IMG/VR virus record: IMGVR_UViG_3300008267_005791
Span: 7,159-71,158 of that record
Source: a virus
Length of the DNA: 64,000 nucleotides
Strand: one strand, 5' to 3'
The notes beneath the pieces are model-generated. The model had not been told where the DNA came from and did no database searches. It worked only from the letters and a program-made list of their open reading frames with translations. The position numbers and the translations under genes are program-made. Shown piece after piece: positions 62,819 through 64,000 of the stretch (position 1 is the first letter of the stretch; every line of letters starts with the position of its first letter).

Positions 62819-64000
62819 ATGATGTCATTAAAAATTAAAAAAAGAGGGGGAGAAGAGGTTTCCTTTAACCCCCAAAAAATATATAATAGAGTTAAACGAG
62901 CTTCAAGAGGGTTAAATGTTAATTCAGATGAAATTTTTATTAAGGTAATAACTTCGGTCCCAACTGAAGGGTTTATCACTACAAAAGAATTAGATAAATT
63001 GGTTTATGAGATTGCCGCGTCTTATACCGGTAGTCATCATGATTACTCAAGATTAGCATCCTCAGTAGCAATTTCATCATATCATAAAGAGACTGATAAT
63101 AGTTTTTGTAATACAATGCATACTTTACATGTTGATAGAATTATTAACGATGTGTTGATGAAAACTATTGAAGAATATGGAACAGAAAATATTGATTCTG
63201 TAATTAATCACGATAATGATTACAATTTTGATTATTTTGCGTGGAAATCATTACAAGAAATGTATTTGTTGAAAACTCCTGAAGGTAAGGTAATTGAAAG
63301 ACCTCAACATATGTACATGAGAGTTGCTCTATGGGTTACTAATTCATATGAGGAGGCTGTTGAATACTATAATTCATTATCTAATCAACTTATTTCTCCG
63401 GCAACACCAATTATGATTAATGCTGGTACTAAAACACCTCAATTGGCTTCTTGTGTGTTACATTATAATAACGGGGATTCAAGACAGGGATTGTTAGATA
63501 CATTAAATGACATCTCAACATATTCTTCAGATGCTGCGGGAATTGGGTTATGTATGTCTAATATTCGTAGTAAAGAGAGTCGTATTAATTCATCAGGTGG
63601 ATTTGCTGGTGGATTATTAAAATATCTTAAAATTGTGAATGAGTCTCTTCGTTTCTTTAATCAACAAGGTAGAAGACCGGGTAGTGCTGCTATCTACATT
63701 GAACCTTGGCATAAAGACATAATTGACTTACTTGAAATCAAAAAGAATACGGGTGCTGAAGAGTTGAGAGCGAAAGATTTATTTACCTCAATTTGGTTAC
63801 CGGACAACTTTATGAATGCGGTTAAGAACAATAGTGATTGGTATTTGTTTTGTCCTAACGATATTATCAAAGCAGGTATTAAACCATTACAAGAAACTTA
63901 TGGTGATGAGTATGAATCAAATTATAACAAAGCTGTTGAACTTGGTTTAGGTAAGAAAGTTAAGGCTCAAACAATTTGGAATAAGATTATTGAATCTCAG
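62819..64000 (+). CDS. nrdA: Ribonucleotide reductase class Ia alpha subunit (3'-truncated)
   Basis: Not in the ORF track because it runs off the window. Reads MMSLKIKKRGG (ATP cone), ERPQHMYMRVA, SPATP..NAG, QLASC, QQGRRPGS and EPWHKD. Confidence 0.95.
   Translation, partial: MMSLKIKKRGGEEVSFNPQKIYNRVKRASRGLNVNSDEIFIKVITSVPTEGFITTKELDKLVYEIAASYTGSHHDYSRLASSVAISSYHKETDNSFCNTMHTLHVDRIINDVLMKTIEEYGTENIDSVINHDNDYNFDYFAWKSLQEMYLLKTPEGKVIERPQHMYMRVALWVTNSYEEAVEYYNSLSNQLISPATPIMINAGTKTPQLASCVLHYNNGDSRQGLLDTLNDISTYSSDAAGIGLCMSNIRSKESRINSSGGFAGGLLKYLKIVNESLRFFNQQGRRPGSAAIYIEPWHKDIIDLLEIKKNTGAEELRAKDLFTSIWLPDNFMNAVKNNSDWYLFCPNDIIKAGIKPLQETYGDEYESNYNKAVELGLGKKVKAQTIWNKIIESQ

Noticed and set aside
1-64000. 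Stop-codon reassignment as seen in some jumbo phages
   Set aside because: Core genes are full-length in the standard code, coding density is high, and TAG ends real genes (e.g. 10448, 58952).
1-64000. Eukaryotic giant virus or cellular origin suggested by GT60, papain and eukaryote-like RNR
   Set aside because: Tail sheath, tube, neck, baseplate, gp32 and gp41-like genes plus bacterial promoters and terminators identify a tailed phage.
1-64000. tRNA or rRNA genes
   Set aside because: Intergenic gaps are short and AT-rich, with no cloverleaf or T-loop GTTC(G/A)A context seen.

Overview
AT-rich window from a large (probably jumbo) contractile-tailed, T4-like-architecture bacteriophage, read in the standard genetic code. 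1-24.7 kb holds very large modular virion-surface or adhesin-like proteins (FISUMP, DUF5977-like, BspA/DUF285, PKD-like and Fn3-like domains joined by long Pro-Thr mucin-like linkers). These genes flank a six-gene glycosyltransferase/O-methyltransferase operon headed by a GT60-type protein O-GlcNAc transferase, followed by a papain-like protease fusion. Next come a family B DNA polymerase, neck genes, an Mn-type SOD fusion, an SNF2 helicase and a tail module (terminator, sheath, tube, chaperone with a probable +1 frameshift, tape measure, baseplate). The window ends in a replication cluster (gp32-like SSB, RecA/UvsX, 5'-3' exonuclease, DnaB-like helicase, NrdB, truncated NrdA). The best candidate novel system is phage-encoded mucin-type O-glycosylation of the phage's own Pro/Thr-rich virion proteins. 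Secondary leads are a reused MKILITE capsid-targeting-like leader, the UUU-CGG +1 frameshift and a two-class promoter system. All family calls come from motif recognition by eye, not database searches.
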